Assembly: GCA_003427395.1 (NCBI GenBank)
Contig: BFEA01000019.1
Location: forward strand, 667,871 to 731,870
Source: Chara braunii
Taxonomy: Eukaryota; Plantae; Charophyceae
Length of the DNA stretch: 64,000 bases
Direction of reading: 5' to 3'
Below are positions 1 to 12,441 of the stretch, one piece after another. Numbering within the stretch: position 1 is the stretch's first letter; the number at the start of each line of letters is the position of its first letter. A model generated the notes under the pieces. The model saw nothing but the letters and a program-made list of their open reading frames with translations, made no database searches and was not told where the DNA came from. The position numbers and the translations under genes are program-made.

Positions 1-39
1 CACACACACACACACACAAACACATAAACACATATGCAG

Positions 40-346
40 GGGACAGGATCGGCTGGGGCAACCATCAGGCTATATCTGGAGAAGTATGAGCCTGATGTAT
101 CAAAGCATGACCTTCAGGCTGGAGTAGTCCTGCAGCAGTTGACAGGTACGGCGATGTTCCTGATTCTAACCTCTCCTCCCCTGCTGCCCCTTCCCCCCCC
201 TTTTGCCCTCCCACCTTTTCCTTTCCATGTCTACTGTTTGACGAGTATGTGTTGCTGTTGTTTTAATTTTGGCATGTTTCATTTCATTCATGGTTGTGGA
301 TATGGCACGTCGCCTCGATGATTTACTTGTCCACTGTCCACTTCGG

Positions 347-414
<68 letters not shown>

Positions 415-482
415 ACATTGCACTGGGCATTTCCAAGCTGAAAGATTTCACTGGAAGAGAGGAGCCGACGGTTATCACCTAG
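40..482 (+). CDS. PGM: Phosphoglucomutase, plastidial type; last two coding exons (40-145, 415-482), 5' part outside window
   Basis: AG acceptors at 38-39 and 413-414, GT donor at 146-147. Splicing gives [57 protein letters not shown], matching the C-terminus of plant plastid PGM (GTGSAGAT...PDVSKHD...[16 protein letters not shown]). Confidence 0.93.
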
Positions 483-717
483 AAGCGATTGATATCGAGA
501 TTCGAGATGTCATCTATTACGGGATAATGTCAATCCAATCGTCGCAGATTGTCTGCTGAGTGAGATGAGGAGCTGAACCGAACTGCAAGCCGGCTGCATG
601 TGGCTCATCCTACCGTACTATATCGACTCCCTTTCATTGGGGACAGGGAGGGGGAACAACGGGGGGAAAGATACAGGGACGCCTCCCCAAACACCATCTT
701 GCCGGTGAAGTCTCCTA

Positions 718-774
<57 letters not shown>

Positions 775-1287
775 AGAGCAATTAGGACAAACAGAACACA
801 AGCAATGGTGAGAAAACTGTGGAGGGGTGCAGAATAGGGTGGGTGAAGATGGGGGAAGGGAGACAGAACAGAGGAAGGGTGGCAGAAGGGTTGCAGGGAA
901 TTTACATTGCCTTGCTGGTAGAGTTCTCAGGCGAAATTGGAGACACACAACATGGAGAAGGGTGAGAGAAGGGTGGGTGGAGGGCGGGCGAAGTGGGGGG
1001 GGGTGATTTGTGAGCACTTGTTGAGTTCCGGTTCAGAGTTGTGGGGAGAAATTGGAGTCACAGAACAGTGAGAAGGGTGGGTGAAGGGTGGGGGAGCTGT
1101 GAGCAATTACCGAGTCCGTTCAGGGTTGTGATGAGAAATTGGAGACACAGAACAGGGAGAAGGGTGGGTGAGGAAGGGTGGGTGAGGAAGGGTGGGGGAA
1201 TTGTGAGGACTGGTTGGCAAGTACTGTCCATCATTGGGGACTTGCATGCAAGTGTCGTAAATGGATTCGATCTTATGCTCTCAACCT

Positions 1288-1419
1288 GACATCCCGTTAA
1301 AATGGGAACGATACAGAGAAGGGTAAATTAGCAAATGGCCCCTGTGCAAGGATGACACGCATAAATCGAGAGATATTCCAAATTAAAATTAAAAAAAAAA
1401 AGAAAAAAGAAAAAAAAAA
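1288..1419 (+). pseudogene. U6: U6 snRNA retrocopy, slightly 5'-truncated and degenerate, with A-rich tail
   Basis: GACATCCCGTTAAAATGGGAACGATACAGAGAAG...GGCCCCTGTGCAAGGATGACACGCATAAATCGAGA, with indels relative to plant U6, followed by an A-tract. Confidence 0.85.
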
Positions 1420-2382
1420 GGTGGGGTTGGGGAGGGGGTTGGAGGGAGAATAGGCATGAGGAAAGAATTGGGAGGAGGGGAGGGAGGAGAATGGTCTGCT
1501 ACAAGGTGGGCAGGTGTGGTGAATGTGCGCTTGCTGGTGGTTTTGCAGCTTTTGCCTTATTATAAGAAACCGAAGTTTTTTCAATAAGGCACGAGGCATT
1601 GTTAAACTTTCCATTTAAGGAAAGCGAGCAGGGATTGATGGCGGCGAAAGGATGGAGGAGAAAGCTGTTTTTTTGGTCTCCCTGAGCTGTCTGTTTTCCA
1701 TTTTTATTTTTATTTTTTGTCTTTGTTTTTCTGGTTCTTTTCTTTTCTCTTTTTCTGGATTATTGTCTTTTGTCATTTGTGACCAAGGTGCAAAGGTGCT
1801 GCAATTTAACTGCCGGCAGGTTTTTTGTTTTTGCCATCAAATGCGCCAGCAGTTTTGCGTAGTACCTATAGATATCTGCTGGTTTCGCCACAGAAGACAA
1901 TCAACTGGAATAATTTTTCTTTATCCTTTTTCTGAGTTTTTCGAAGTCTTTGTTTTGTTTTCTTGAATTATTTTGATTTCTTGTTTTTTGCTTTTTTCTC
2001 TTTTCTTTCTTCTTTGTTCTTTTTCGTTTTTTCTTTTTTTTTCCTCTTTTCTTTTTCTTATGCACAGGAAGCAGCATTTCCTGAAATGGAAAGGTGTTTT
2101 TTTTTGCCAGCACTCCTTTCGTATCTCAATGAATGTTCCTGGAAACATGGGAACATTCATGCAGGATATGTTGAAAAATTCAGGTGTGAACGGTGTGTCT
2201 AACCGACATGGCTTTGGGATTACACTTGTTTTTTTTGGGATTGCCCAAAGATGAAAAGGGAAAGTGTGGGGTTAAGAGTACAACTGCAAGATTGCGGTTC
2301 CATTGGTGAATGCAAGGGTGCACAACATGTAAGGATCCAATGAAAGGGAGTCTCAAATTTGAAGATTTTTTTGCCAGTCGAG

Positions 2383-2445
<63 letters not shown>

Positions 2446-3059
2446 NNNNNNNNNNNNNNNNNNNNNNNNNNNNNNNNNNNNNNNNNNNNNNNNNNNNNNN
2501 NNNNNNNNNNNNNNNNNNNNNNNNNNNNNNNNNNNNNNNNNNNNNNNNNNNNNNNNNNNNNNNNNNNNNNNNNNNNNNNNNNNNNNNNNNNNNNNNNNNN
2601 NNNNNNNNNNNNNNNNNNNNNNNNNNNNNNNNNNNNNNNNNNNNNNNNNNNNNNNNNNNNNNNNNNNNNNNNNNNNNNNNNNNNNNNNNNNNNNNNNNNN
2701 NNNNNNNNNNNNNNNNNNNNNNNNNNNNNNNNNNNNNNNNNNNNNNNNNNNNNNNNNNNNNNNNNNNNNNNNNNNNNNNNNNNNNNNNNNNNNNNNNNNN
2801 NNNNNNNNNNNNNNNNNNNNNNNNNNNNNNNNNNNNNNNNNNNNNNNNNNNNNNNNNNNNNNNNNNNNNNNNNNNNNNNNNNNNNNNNNNNNNNNNNNNN
2901 NNNNNNNNNNNNNNNNNNNNNNNNNNNNNNNNNNNNNNNNNNNNNNNNNNNNNNNNNNNNNNNNNNNNNNNNNNNNNNNNNNNNNNNNNNNNNNNNNNNN
3001 NNNNNNNNNNNNNNNNNNNNNNNNNNTGGCGAAGCCCGCTCATGCAAAGGGGGGTAATC

Positions 3060-3975
3060 TGACCCAATCGCAGCCCAACTGCTCTTAGGCCCAACCGTGC
3101 CCGGACTGCTCTTGAACCAGATTGTGGACCTAACAGTTCCTCGAACCAGTTGTGGACTCCACTATGCTTGGGCCCGATTGTGGACCCATATTGACCCAAT
3201 TCCTCTGGACCACTGTGCAGACCTATAGACTTCTGGACCATGTGTAGTCCTTTAAAACCAACTCTGCACCCAACTGTTCTTAACTTCTTACCCAACAGTG
3301 AACCCAGTCCCTCTGGACTGGGTGGCGACCTATAGACCTCAGGACCGTGTGTAATCCTATAGGAACCCAACTGTGGACCCAACTGTAGACCCCAACTGTG
3401 GACCTAACTGTTCCAGGACCCATTTGTGGACCCAATTGTGTGTAATCCTATAGAATCAACTGTGTCCTATAGAACCAACTGTGGACCCAACTGTTTCTTG
3501 AACCCATTTGTGGGCCCAATTGTGTGTAATCGTATATAACCAACTGTGGACCCTATTGTGCTTGAACCCAGTTGTGGACCCAGTTGTGGACCCAATTGCT
3601 CTGGACCAGATGTAGTCCTCTAGACCTCTGGACCAGGTGTAGACCTCTAGACCCAACTTTTCTTGGAGCCAGTTTTGGACCCAATTACCCTTGGTCCCAA
3701 TTGTGGACACAGGTGTAGACCCAATTGCTTTGGACTGGGTGTAGACCCCTGATAGACCTCTGGAGCAGGTGTAAACATCCGGAGCAGCGGTAAATCTCAG
3801 GACTACCATCTTCACCTGAATAGAACGCCCGGTCATTATAGCTGCATCTGGACTGAAAGTTGCCCTCATTACAGCTATAATGACCATGCGTTCTATTCGG
3901 GTGAAGATGGTAGGCGTAGAGCTGTAGACCGAGCTGTGGACCAAACTGTTCCAGGACCCATTTCTGGACCCAATT
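3060..3975. repeat. Degenerate minisatellite (TGTGGACCCAAC / CTGGACCAGGTGTAGAC units); inverted block at about 4295-4405
   Basis: Many tandem GGACCCAA / GGACCAG motifs visible directly. Confidence 0.75.
3804..3912. mobile_element. Tc1/mariner(pogo)-type MITE, about 110 bp, TA TSD (family A)
   Basis: TA-CCATCTTCACCTGAATAGAACG...CGTTCTATTCGGGTGAAGATGG-TA. Other copies at about 8058-8373, 12945-13054, 27128-27234, 39796-39909, 47009-47124 and 63502-63619. Confidence 0.8.
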
Positions 3976-4226
3976 GTTGTCTGGGCACACTCGAATTCCT
4001 TGACCTCGCTGTTAAAAAACATTCTAAAAAAAGGGAAAAGTGGTCTGACCCAGTGAACAGAACGACATAGCGTGTAGATATTTAAAACATTAAAAAAATT
4101 GAAAAGATAAATTAATATCAAGAGCGTGAAGAAGGCAAAACACGTCAGAAACAACCTGGAGCAAACTAAACTCCAATCTTGGCTTTCATGTCCTTACTTC
4201 TTTATAGTTTTACTGTACTTTTACAC

Positions 4227-4264
<38 letters not shown>

Positions 4265-4710
4265 ATGTTGGAGTTTCGAGACTTTGGTTTCCGCCCTGGT
4301 CCAGAGGTCCACACCTGGTCCAGAGGTCGACACTTGATCTGGAGCTGGAGGTCTACACCTGGTCCAGAGGTCCACACTTGGTCTTTAGGTCTGCACCTGG
4401 TGCACAGGGGTTTTGAGCATGTTTTCGCTTCACCAGTATGTCTTGACAGTATGTCTTGACAGCATATATTCAATAGAGAGAAAACTTCCCTGATAAGAAC
4501 AAAGGGCCTTGCTGCACTACTATCCAAATGTGCAAAATGTACATAACAAGGTATTGGTTAATAACTGATTTTGAAGCAAAACAGCCTTCATATCGAGCTG
4601 TTAATTTGTTTCAAAGATCCACAGTGTTCAAATTGTTTTGATATTGGTTTCATCTAAACGGATATTTGTATGGACTTTTGTGTTGTTTATGTTTTGCTGC
4701 ATTACCGGGG

Positions 4711-4742
<32 letters not shown>

Positions 4743-5133
4743 ATGCCAATCGCCAAACAACTTGGGCCGGACTATTGCGACGGATGTCCTGGGCCCCAGT
4801 TGTTCGGGATCCCGCACAACCGATTTTCGGCCAATCGGGGTGGCCCACATGTTTGCGGACAGGCGGTGCTGCCTGCGCTCATGATAAGGGCACCCCAAGG
4901 ACGTAACCTTGAGAGATATGATTACACACACATGGATAAACAAAGAAGAAGATGCCTTGAGCATTACTATCATGGCATACAACATCTCCTCCTCACCGAA
5001 ATTCAAACCCTTCCACTCAGTACGCCACTCAGATTGAGGTAACCACTCACTTACTGGCAGTTACTGCCCTATCGTTAAATACCTTTCTTGTCTACTCGAG
5101 AGCCCTCTTCGAGTGTCGTGCCTTTGCAAGCCT

Positions 5134-5850
5134 CGACCTCGATCACCCGGTCTCGGGTTCCAAAAAAACCCTCAGCCTGTTTCAGAGATCGTACCGTGGC
5201 ATGCGGCGCCTAGATCGCTGAGTGGGCACCCGACCAACAGCCAATAATCAAATAGATACGAAAAATAAATAATTCATCTGCTGAAGTTACGATGTCGCAG
5301 AGCTCACACGTTTCACCATTTTACGATTCGCAGAAGTACCGCAGGGCAGCGTAGGCCTTACCCGGCCAGATGCTTCCCTTTGTGACTCAGCAGATGTAGA
5401 GTCTAAATTGTCTTACTCTGCAGTCAATATCAAGGAGATCTCCGGCTTATTGCCTAGACCTCGACCATCCGGTCGTGGACAAAAAATCCTTGGCCTACTT
5501 CAGAGATCGCACCGCGGCATGTGGCGCCTAGATTGCTGAGTGGGCATAAATCAAAACAAAAACAAAAACAAAACCAAAGTAAATAAATAATTTCGTCTGC
5601 TGAAGTTGAAATAAAGCAGAGCTCATACGTTTTACCATTTTACGATTCGTCGAAGTACCGGAGGGCAGCGTGTGGCATCTGCCACATGCTTCCCTTTGTG
5701 ACTTAGCGGATGTAGAGTATTTCCCTCTTCAACAGAATGTCTTACTCTGCAGTCAATATCGAGGAGATCTGCAGCCGGTTGCTGTGCCGGCTGATGCTGA
5801 TGCCGAGTGTTGCCTCTTTGTGACTCAGCAGATTTGTCTTACTCAGTCAT
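5134..5850. repeat. Diverged tandem duplication (about 320-bp unit, two copies plus a partial third)
   Basis: CAGAGATCG.ACCG.GGCATG.GGCGCCTAGAT.GCTGAGTGGGCA and GTCTTACTCTGCAGTCAATATC recur. Confidence 0.7.
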
Positions 5851-6149
5851 CCGAAGGTTTACAGCTGATTGGCAGCTTGATGTTGAATCCGATAAATCGT
5901 GTTTGTGACGAGCGCAATCATCCGGTCCCAAAAGGGTATGCTGTCTCGCCGTTTCATCCACCTGAGGCCCAAGACAACTACTTTTTTGGGGTAGTCCATT
6001 TCTTAAGTTCTAAGGCTAGGGTGAGTACCCCCAAGCAAACCATACCCAGATCTTTACAATTTTGTGTGATCCGGAGGATGGTATTAGCAGCAACAACAAA
6101 TTTCGCCTTTTTTGGCCCATACGATGAAAAATCTTTGTAGGTCCAAAAT

Positions 6150-6555
6150 CGTAGCAAACCAGGGGACCAGACTGTCCCCGCATTCTTGAACTTACGAGCA
6201 CGGACGCAGAACCCTCATAAACGATCACTCTCGTCTCCAGGAGATCCAAAATCCTGGATCCAGAATCAGTTCGCTCAAGTACCAGTCCCTCTAGATAGCA
6301 TTGTGTGGCACGATCCAGACGTCCTTCGCCTTCCTCAAAGCCTTGGGGGTCATCTTTCCGAAAAAACGAAAAGATCAATAGGTCGTCAATATTTCTTTTC
6401 CCAGTTACCAACCTCGCATCGGAACCAAGTGAGCGCACAACCTTGAATTCTGAGAGCATACACATGACACATGCAAGCGGAGGGCTTGCCCTCCCACCCG
6501 TTGGGATGCCCTTCTTCTGACGAAGGGCCGCATCTGCCAGTAGAAAGACTGTTAT
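6150..6555 (-). mobile_element. Penelope-like retroelement reverse-transcriptase fragment
   Basis: ORF 6016-6558 carries RQKKGIPTGGRASPPLA (QxxGxPMGxxxSP-like), RNIDDLL (YxDD) and LVLERT...LDLLE, i.e. PLE RT motifs 4-7. Confidence 0.75.
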
Positions 6556-7040
6556 CAAGCTGATATTGTGTTAATTGGATTAATTTGCTTAGGCGGATGG
6601 ATTTCCATCCAGCCTCGCCATGGGACTTTCCAAAGGTGGTCAGTCTCTACTAACATTCAAGCGGATCCATCTGATACCTTGTTCTGAAAAAAATCCCACA
6701 TCCATATTCGGTCATTTTTGGCGAATTTTTCACCGAAACTGCCATATTTCCTTGAATTTTTGCTTCTTTTTTTGTGTGTTTGTTTTGTCTCATATGCATA
6801 AGCTTTGGGGTATATCTGTATTCAATAGTTTGTTTGCAAAAGTTTTGACAACATTGCTTGTAGTGATGCGGCGAAAAAACCCGAATTTTGAGCATTCCAT
6901 TAACCGCGTGTCCCACATGCGCCACCAGATTTCCTATGGCTTTCGAGGAGTCACCCTGATATCACATGCCGAACACTTGATATACAGGGCAATAAAACTA
7001 TTGCTATCTCGGCTCGTCTCTGATCTAGTATAGTCTCCTC

Positions 7041-7204
7041 TTAAACCACCACTACCTCCTGAAAGTCTTCCGCATTAATGGGCGTAGCTTTTGGGATGAA
7101 CGAGCCTGGGCCAGTAGGCGTGATTCAACCATGTGGAACGACGCGACTTCCACTTTTGGCTGGCTGTTAACGCGGAGCACTTTTAGGAGGTACTGATGGT
7201 TTAA
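7041..7204. mobile_element. TTAA-flanked MITE (family B, termini ACCACCAGTAC...GTACTGGTGGT)
   Basis: TTAA-ACCACCACTACC...GGTACTGATGGT-TTAA. Relatives at 38080-38239, 43660-43817, 56827-57148, 57604-57793, about 11960-12133, and partial copies. Confidence 0.75.
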
Positions 7205-7454
7205 ATATAAGGCCAACTGATTATGTAAGAGTCGTTGTTTGAGGTCCACAATATGATCCTCTTGGATGCAAATGGTTTTGCTCTAGAGACGATTATTATG
7301 CTTTGAAATGTCATGTGTTGCCTCGTTCATCCGGTGACACATCCTCCATAATGGAAGGCCCGACCAAGATAAGTTGTGTCACCTTCAATGAAGTTTCAAT
7401 CTTTTAAACCAACAGTACTCGGCCCAGCTATCGGTTGTGGAAAAAAAAATAGAG

Positions 7455-7850
7455 TAGAAACATTTTTAGTCGGATGAATTTGGCCGCTGCTGTAGTGGCA
7501 CGTACGCTTCCAAAAATTGTGGCTTGTTAACGGAGGTAGACTTAAAGGAAGTACTAGAAACGTTTCTAGTCGGATGAATTTGGGTGCTCATGTACGTACG
7601 CTTCCTAAAACAGTGGCTTGTTAACAGGGGCACGGCTTTAGGATGTACTAGAAATGTTTCTAGTCGGATGAATTTGGGCGCTCCTGTAGTGGCACGTACG
7701 CTTCCTAAAATCGTGGCTTGTTAACGGGGGCACGATTTTAGGAAATACTAGAAACGTTTCTAGTCGGATGAATTTGGGCGCTCCTGTAGTGGCACGTACG
7801 TTGCCTAAAATTGTGGCGGCATGAATGGTACGATCACTTTTTTAGGAAGT
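7455..7850. repeat. About 100-bp tandem repeat (about 4 units) derived from the family-B MITE body
   Basis: Repeated TAGAAACGTTTCTAGTCGGATGAATTTGGGCGCTCCTGTAGTGGCACGTACG; the same sequence occurs once inside the 38080-38239 element. Confidence 0.8.
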
Positions 7851-8112
7851 ACATGCATGGCCAATGTGTGTTCATCGCGACCCACCTCAATTGTGGCGGC
7901 ATGAATGGTACGATCACTTTTTTATGGACATGACCAGCAGTATGACCACATTGATAACTTTCAACTGATCAAATGTCAATGCTGAGACTTAGCGTCGGTG
8001 TTTTCGGGTCTGTTTTCATCACCAAATGTTCATTAGTGTTTTGCGGGGGTCGAGGGCTACCTTCTTCCCCCGATTACAACGGACGTTCATTATATATGTA
8101 TTTAGACTGAAA

Positions 8113-8310
8113 GGAGAACTACGGGGGAGTCACAAAAATGAGTTATAATTGCAGTATGGGCCAAGATTCAGTTTGCAATTGCAGTTTTGGCAATGTATAC
8201 AACCCAGCTTTCTGGCCAGGGGGTAGGGTGCCCGCAGTGCAATTGCAAGCTGTCTCTTGGCCCCGTCATGCAATTATAACTCATTTTCGTGACTCCCGCG
8301 TAGTTGCCCC
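8113..8310. mobile_element. Mutator-like MITE nested in a family-A MITE, 10-bp TSD
   Basis: TIR AACTACGGGGGAGTCACAAAAATGAGTTATAATTGCA / TGCAATTATAACTCATTTTCGTGACTCCCGCGTAGTT; TSD TAGACTGAAA at 8103-8112 and 8311-8320. Confidence 0.8.
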
Positions 8311-8425
8311 TAGACTGAAAGATGACCCAAGTACAGCTATGATGACCGTACGTGGTGTTCGGGGGAAGAAGGTAGCTGAAGAGGCTGTGAGATAGTTTGA
8401 AGCAGAAGCCGGGTAAAGGCCTTGG

Positions 8426-8570
8426 TCGTAGGACGCTGGACCCGGTTTCGACCAGGTGAAGCTCCCAACGGTCCCAACCAGTAGACCAGAGCGCCGGGCG
8501 AGGGGCCTGCTAGAGGAGGCTGCTTATATCAACTCTAGCAGGCCATAGTTGACTTTCTGGAAAAAGAAAA
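8426..8570 (+). mobile_element. Structured A-tailed SINE-like repeat (family C)
   Basis: GGACGCTGGACCCGGTTTC...AGGTG...GCTCCC...TAGA...GAGC, then hairpin GGCCTGCTAGAG/CTCTAGCAGGCC and an A-rich end. Homologues at about 10204, 24391, 29776, 44196 and 58073. Confidence 0.6.
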
Positions 8571-9459
8571 GGGGTAAGTACATTCATGTCATGACATGGG
8601 CAAAAAAAGTCTAAAAAACACACGTCGGCAAAGAAAACTGCACCGGGTTCGAAAAGGCAACAGACAGTACCGACAGCTGTGGTTTCAGACCTAGTGTCAT
8701 ATTTCCAGGGTTCGGCCGTGTTGTCAGAGAGGGGAACAAACTAAAAAGAGAATGCCCAACGGATACTTTTGGACCGAGATTGCTCATTTCAAGTTGGCGT
8801 GTGGTTTCTTTGGCGGCAATAGTTATTTCACAAAAAAAAAAAAAAAGACTTTACCATTTCTCACTGTAATATGAAAGGAACGCTGCAACCGGTTTCCACC
8901 AGGTGGCCCCCCTGTCCCCCCCCCCCCCCCCCCTAATATGAAAGGAACGCTGCAACCGGTTTCCACCAGGTGGCCCCCCTGTCCNCCACGTGGCGCTAAC
9001 TGCAGTGACAGCATGTGATGAAACTGCCACGTGGCGCTCATACAGAAGCCTGCAGAAATTGAATAACTTCGATCTCCATGATGTGTACTGAAACAGCCAT
9101 ATCTGAATTCGTGATTTGCTTTGAAGATGCATAGCCAAAAGTATATGAAGATAAGGAAGTAAGAAAAAAAAAAAAAAGGAGACAAAGCTTGCTTTTCATC
9201 TTCTCCTCGACACACAGCAATGCCACTGCGGCCCTGGTACTATGCGCTTGGCCGAGTGAGCCTTGATTATCCCGCCCGTAGTGGCTGCACTTCCTTTTGT
9301 GAGGGACGCCGGGCACGTTTCTCCTCTTTGTTCGACCCATCACTACTTTTCCATTTTGTGTTTTTTTATGAATTCGCAGCCTAAGAATCCTCTCTCCCCG
9401 TCTTACAGCCTCGTGCTTTTCTCTTCTACCCCTCCTCTTCTCCCAACATGCCCCCCATC

Positions 9460-9532
<73 letters not shown>

Positions 9533-9638
9533 CAAACTTGTACATAATGAGATGCAAAGACGGTATCCACATCATCCCGCTTCCCCTCCCTCTTCGCATC
9601 ACCTACAGCCGACAACATTTTGTCGCTCTCTCTCTCTC

Positions 9639-9676
9639 CTGTCTCTTATACACATCTAGATGTGTATAAGAGACAG
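9639..9676. other. Nextera mate-pair junction adapter (assembly contaminant)
   Basis: Exact CTGTCTCTTATACACATCT+AGATGTGTATAAGAGACAG. Confidence 0.97.
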
Positions 9677-10289
9677 CCTCATACCACCCCTCATTGTAGC
9701 CCCAGCTGCATTTTTTGCAAAAAAAAACAAAAAAACAAAAAACAAACAAACAAACAAACAAATAAACAAACAAAAAGACTTTGACACTACAGTTTGGATT
9801 TCTTAAAGTGCGAAGCTGCGTCAAATACAGCTATGACCGGGCCATCTATTCGGGTGAAGACGATAGGCCTTCAAACTCGCAGAATCGCAAAATGAGCGGC
9901 CCGATCGAGTTCTTGTAAGAGGAGGACTAGATCTGGGCGCTCATTTTGGGATTTTGCTACTTTGAGGGCCTAGTGTGAGTGTGCCCTTAGAGTGTACACA
10001 CATTTGGCCCTCAAAATGGCAGAATTGGAAAAGGACTGGCCAGATGGAGTGTGCCCTTTCACAGGGACTCAATCGGGCCACTGATTTTGTGATTCTGCAA
10101 TTTTGAGGGCCTTGTGTGACAAAATATGCTCACCGCAAAGTCAACCCCCCTGGGCGATCAGGGGTAATCAATGCTGGTGGACTTCTCTCAGGATTGTCAA
10201 ATGTTGTACAGGGACGCTTGACCCGGATTCCAGCAGGTGCTGCTGCCCACCGATAGATTGAGTCACCAGGGACAGCTACTAGGGGGGGC

Positions 10290-10835
10290 TGCTCTTGTCA
10301 CCCCCCCTACTACGGGGTCGCTGGTTGCTTTTGTAAAAGGAAAAAATAAAATAAATTAATCAATAAATAGAGGGCCTTGTCTGAGTATGCCCTTGGAGTT
10401 ACTGAGGTCACTTTGCCAAGACCCTTCTTTTTTTTTTTTTTTTTTTTGCCAAGACCCTTCAAGTTAACGTCGACCAAAAATGTTCCCAGCCTGGTCCAGG
10501 CTGGTCTTATCACCCCCTCTAGTAGAGGTCACTGGTTGTTTTTGTTTTAAAAAAAAAAAGAAAAAGAAAGAAAGGGGGCGTTGTGTGAGTATGCCCGTTA
10601 GAGTTATTGAGGTCATCTGGCCAAGACCCTGAGCGTCAAGTCGCCGTCGACAAAAAATGTTCCCACCCTGGTCCAGGCTGCTCTTATCACCCCCCCTAGT
10701 AGGGGTCGCTAGTTGTTTTCGTAATTAAAAAAAAAAAAAAAAAAAAGTGTGGCTTGTGTGAGTATGCCCTTAAGAGTTATTGAGGTCACCTTGCCAAGAC
10801 CCTTAGCGTCGACAAAACATGTTCCCACCCTGGCC
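10290..10835. repeat. About 190-bp tandem repeat (3 units) built from the family-C 3' end plus a Harbinger-like terminus
   Basis: Repeated TCTTATCACCCCC.CTAGTAG.GGTC, A-tract, GTGTGAGTATGCCC, GCCAAGACCC, GTTCCCACCCTGGTCCAGG. Confidence 0.7.
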
Positions 10836-11182
10836 CAGGTTCTATGTATCTATGTATGAAACCACCAGTGCTACTTCTGAGGCAATTTCCTCCAATGCAT
10901 GCAAAAAGAAGACGAAGAGGCGCAACTCTCTTTGGGCTGGCCCCTCCAGCCATTTTGCCGTGGTACCCGAGGCCCGAAAGTTGCAGCGCGTAGATGAATT
11001 ATCCGAGGGTTTTATGCTGAGGGGAAAAAAACAAAAAAACATAGGGTGGTATCATCGGTATGCCCCTTAGTCTGGTTTGTACGAAAAATAGGATAACAAA
11101 AATAGGAAAACAGAAACAAGTATTCTTTTGGTCCTGTTTTGGCCGTTTGGCGTTGGGGCGCTCGTGATCGTCGGCCGGGGCG

Positions 11183-11229
<47 letters not shown>

Positions 11230-11231
<2 letters not shown>

Positions 11232-11900
11232 TATACACCATTGTACACCACCGCATCCCATGTCGATGTTGACGACCAATCAGCGACTTCAAGTAATATG
11301 GTGCAGCCAATGCTGCTTCGTCACCAAGATCCCCCTCTTGGAGGGAAGCTTGTAGTCGCTCAATCTCCTCCTCAAGCTTTGAGCTCCACGTGTGAGTCAC
11401 CACTCGCTCTCTACTCCCTCAATACACCTCAAATTGACATGCCTTGTGTCTCGCCACCCCCCACATTCGCTCGGCCAACCTGATCAGGGTCAATATCAAC
11501 CCTTGCATGCCCTAGACCAGGAGGGAGCAGCTCCCACATACCTCACGACCCCACTTCCCACTCATGCCAACCCTAATCCAAGATCAGTTTGCCCTGATCA
11601 ACTTGGATTAGGGTTAGAGCAACAAGACATCCTCTCGCAAGCGAGTACCGTTAGGATTAGAGCAACAAGGCATCCTCTCGCAAGCAAGTACCGCTCTGAT
11701 ACCAATTGTTATGATCCTGGCTATCTTGAAGCGCAACAACGCAAAGAAAGACAATGGCGTTCAATTGTACAGTGCATTCGCCTACTGTGAGTAGGGTCAG
11801 GCACCGCTTGGGGGGGATGGCCCAGTAAATTGTACCCGTAGGGGTAGGTGGTTCTTGGTGAGAATGGAAGGGTTCCTATCAGCACCTTAGGGGGACCAAG
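11230..11900 (-). mobile_element. LTR-retrotransposon remnant with initiator-Met primer-binding site
   Basis: Minus strand reads ...TAACA-AT-TGGTATCAGAGC (PBS 11693-11704 just after an LTR-like CA end). Outer boundaries are approximate. Confidence 0.6.
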
Positions 11901-12410
11901 GGTGACCCGTACGCGACTGGGCACCGTACAGGTCTCCCGGTGCGGGATACTCTTGGCCGTTAAACCGCAAGTACACGGCTCCAGCCTTGTAGAAAGTTTT
12001 CGTCACCACAAGCAAAACTCGGAGGGGCCATGCGGCATGGGGCGCCGTCGGAAAAAAAAATTGGCGGCCTCCGAAGTGGAGCGGGTTTCGTGCTGACACG
12101 TGCGGGCTGATGTGTGGTGTACAGGTGCTTGAACTCTGAGGCGAGGGGCATTGGTAGATGCCCTCTTGAGCTGAGATGCCAACTGCCCTACCCTGAATGT
12201 GCACAACTTAAAAAAGAAAAAGGAAATGAAAGAATGTGGAAAGAGAAATAGGCAAAGGAAGAAGAGGAATAAAGAATCGAAGAAGAAAAAGAAGAAGAAG
12301 ATGTACACCAGCAAAAACCAATGTCAAATCCCCCGCCCACTCGCCATCACCTTCAACCTCCTTATCTCCCCCACTGCTTCTTTTTAGCAAGGGTTGAAAA
12401 TATTGTAAGG

Positions 12411-12441
<31 letters not shown>

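Noticed and set aside
9639-9676. Tn5 mosaic-end palindrome as a real transposon or horizontal transfer (4 copies)
   Set aside because: Exact Nextera mate-pair junction adapter next to gaps and duplications.
10289-10300. Family-C loop CTGCTCTT(A/G)TCA as U2 snRNA-derived
   Set aside because: About 12-nt resemblance to U2 CTGTTCTTATCA with no flanking U2 sequence.
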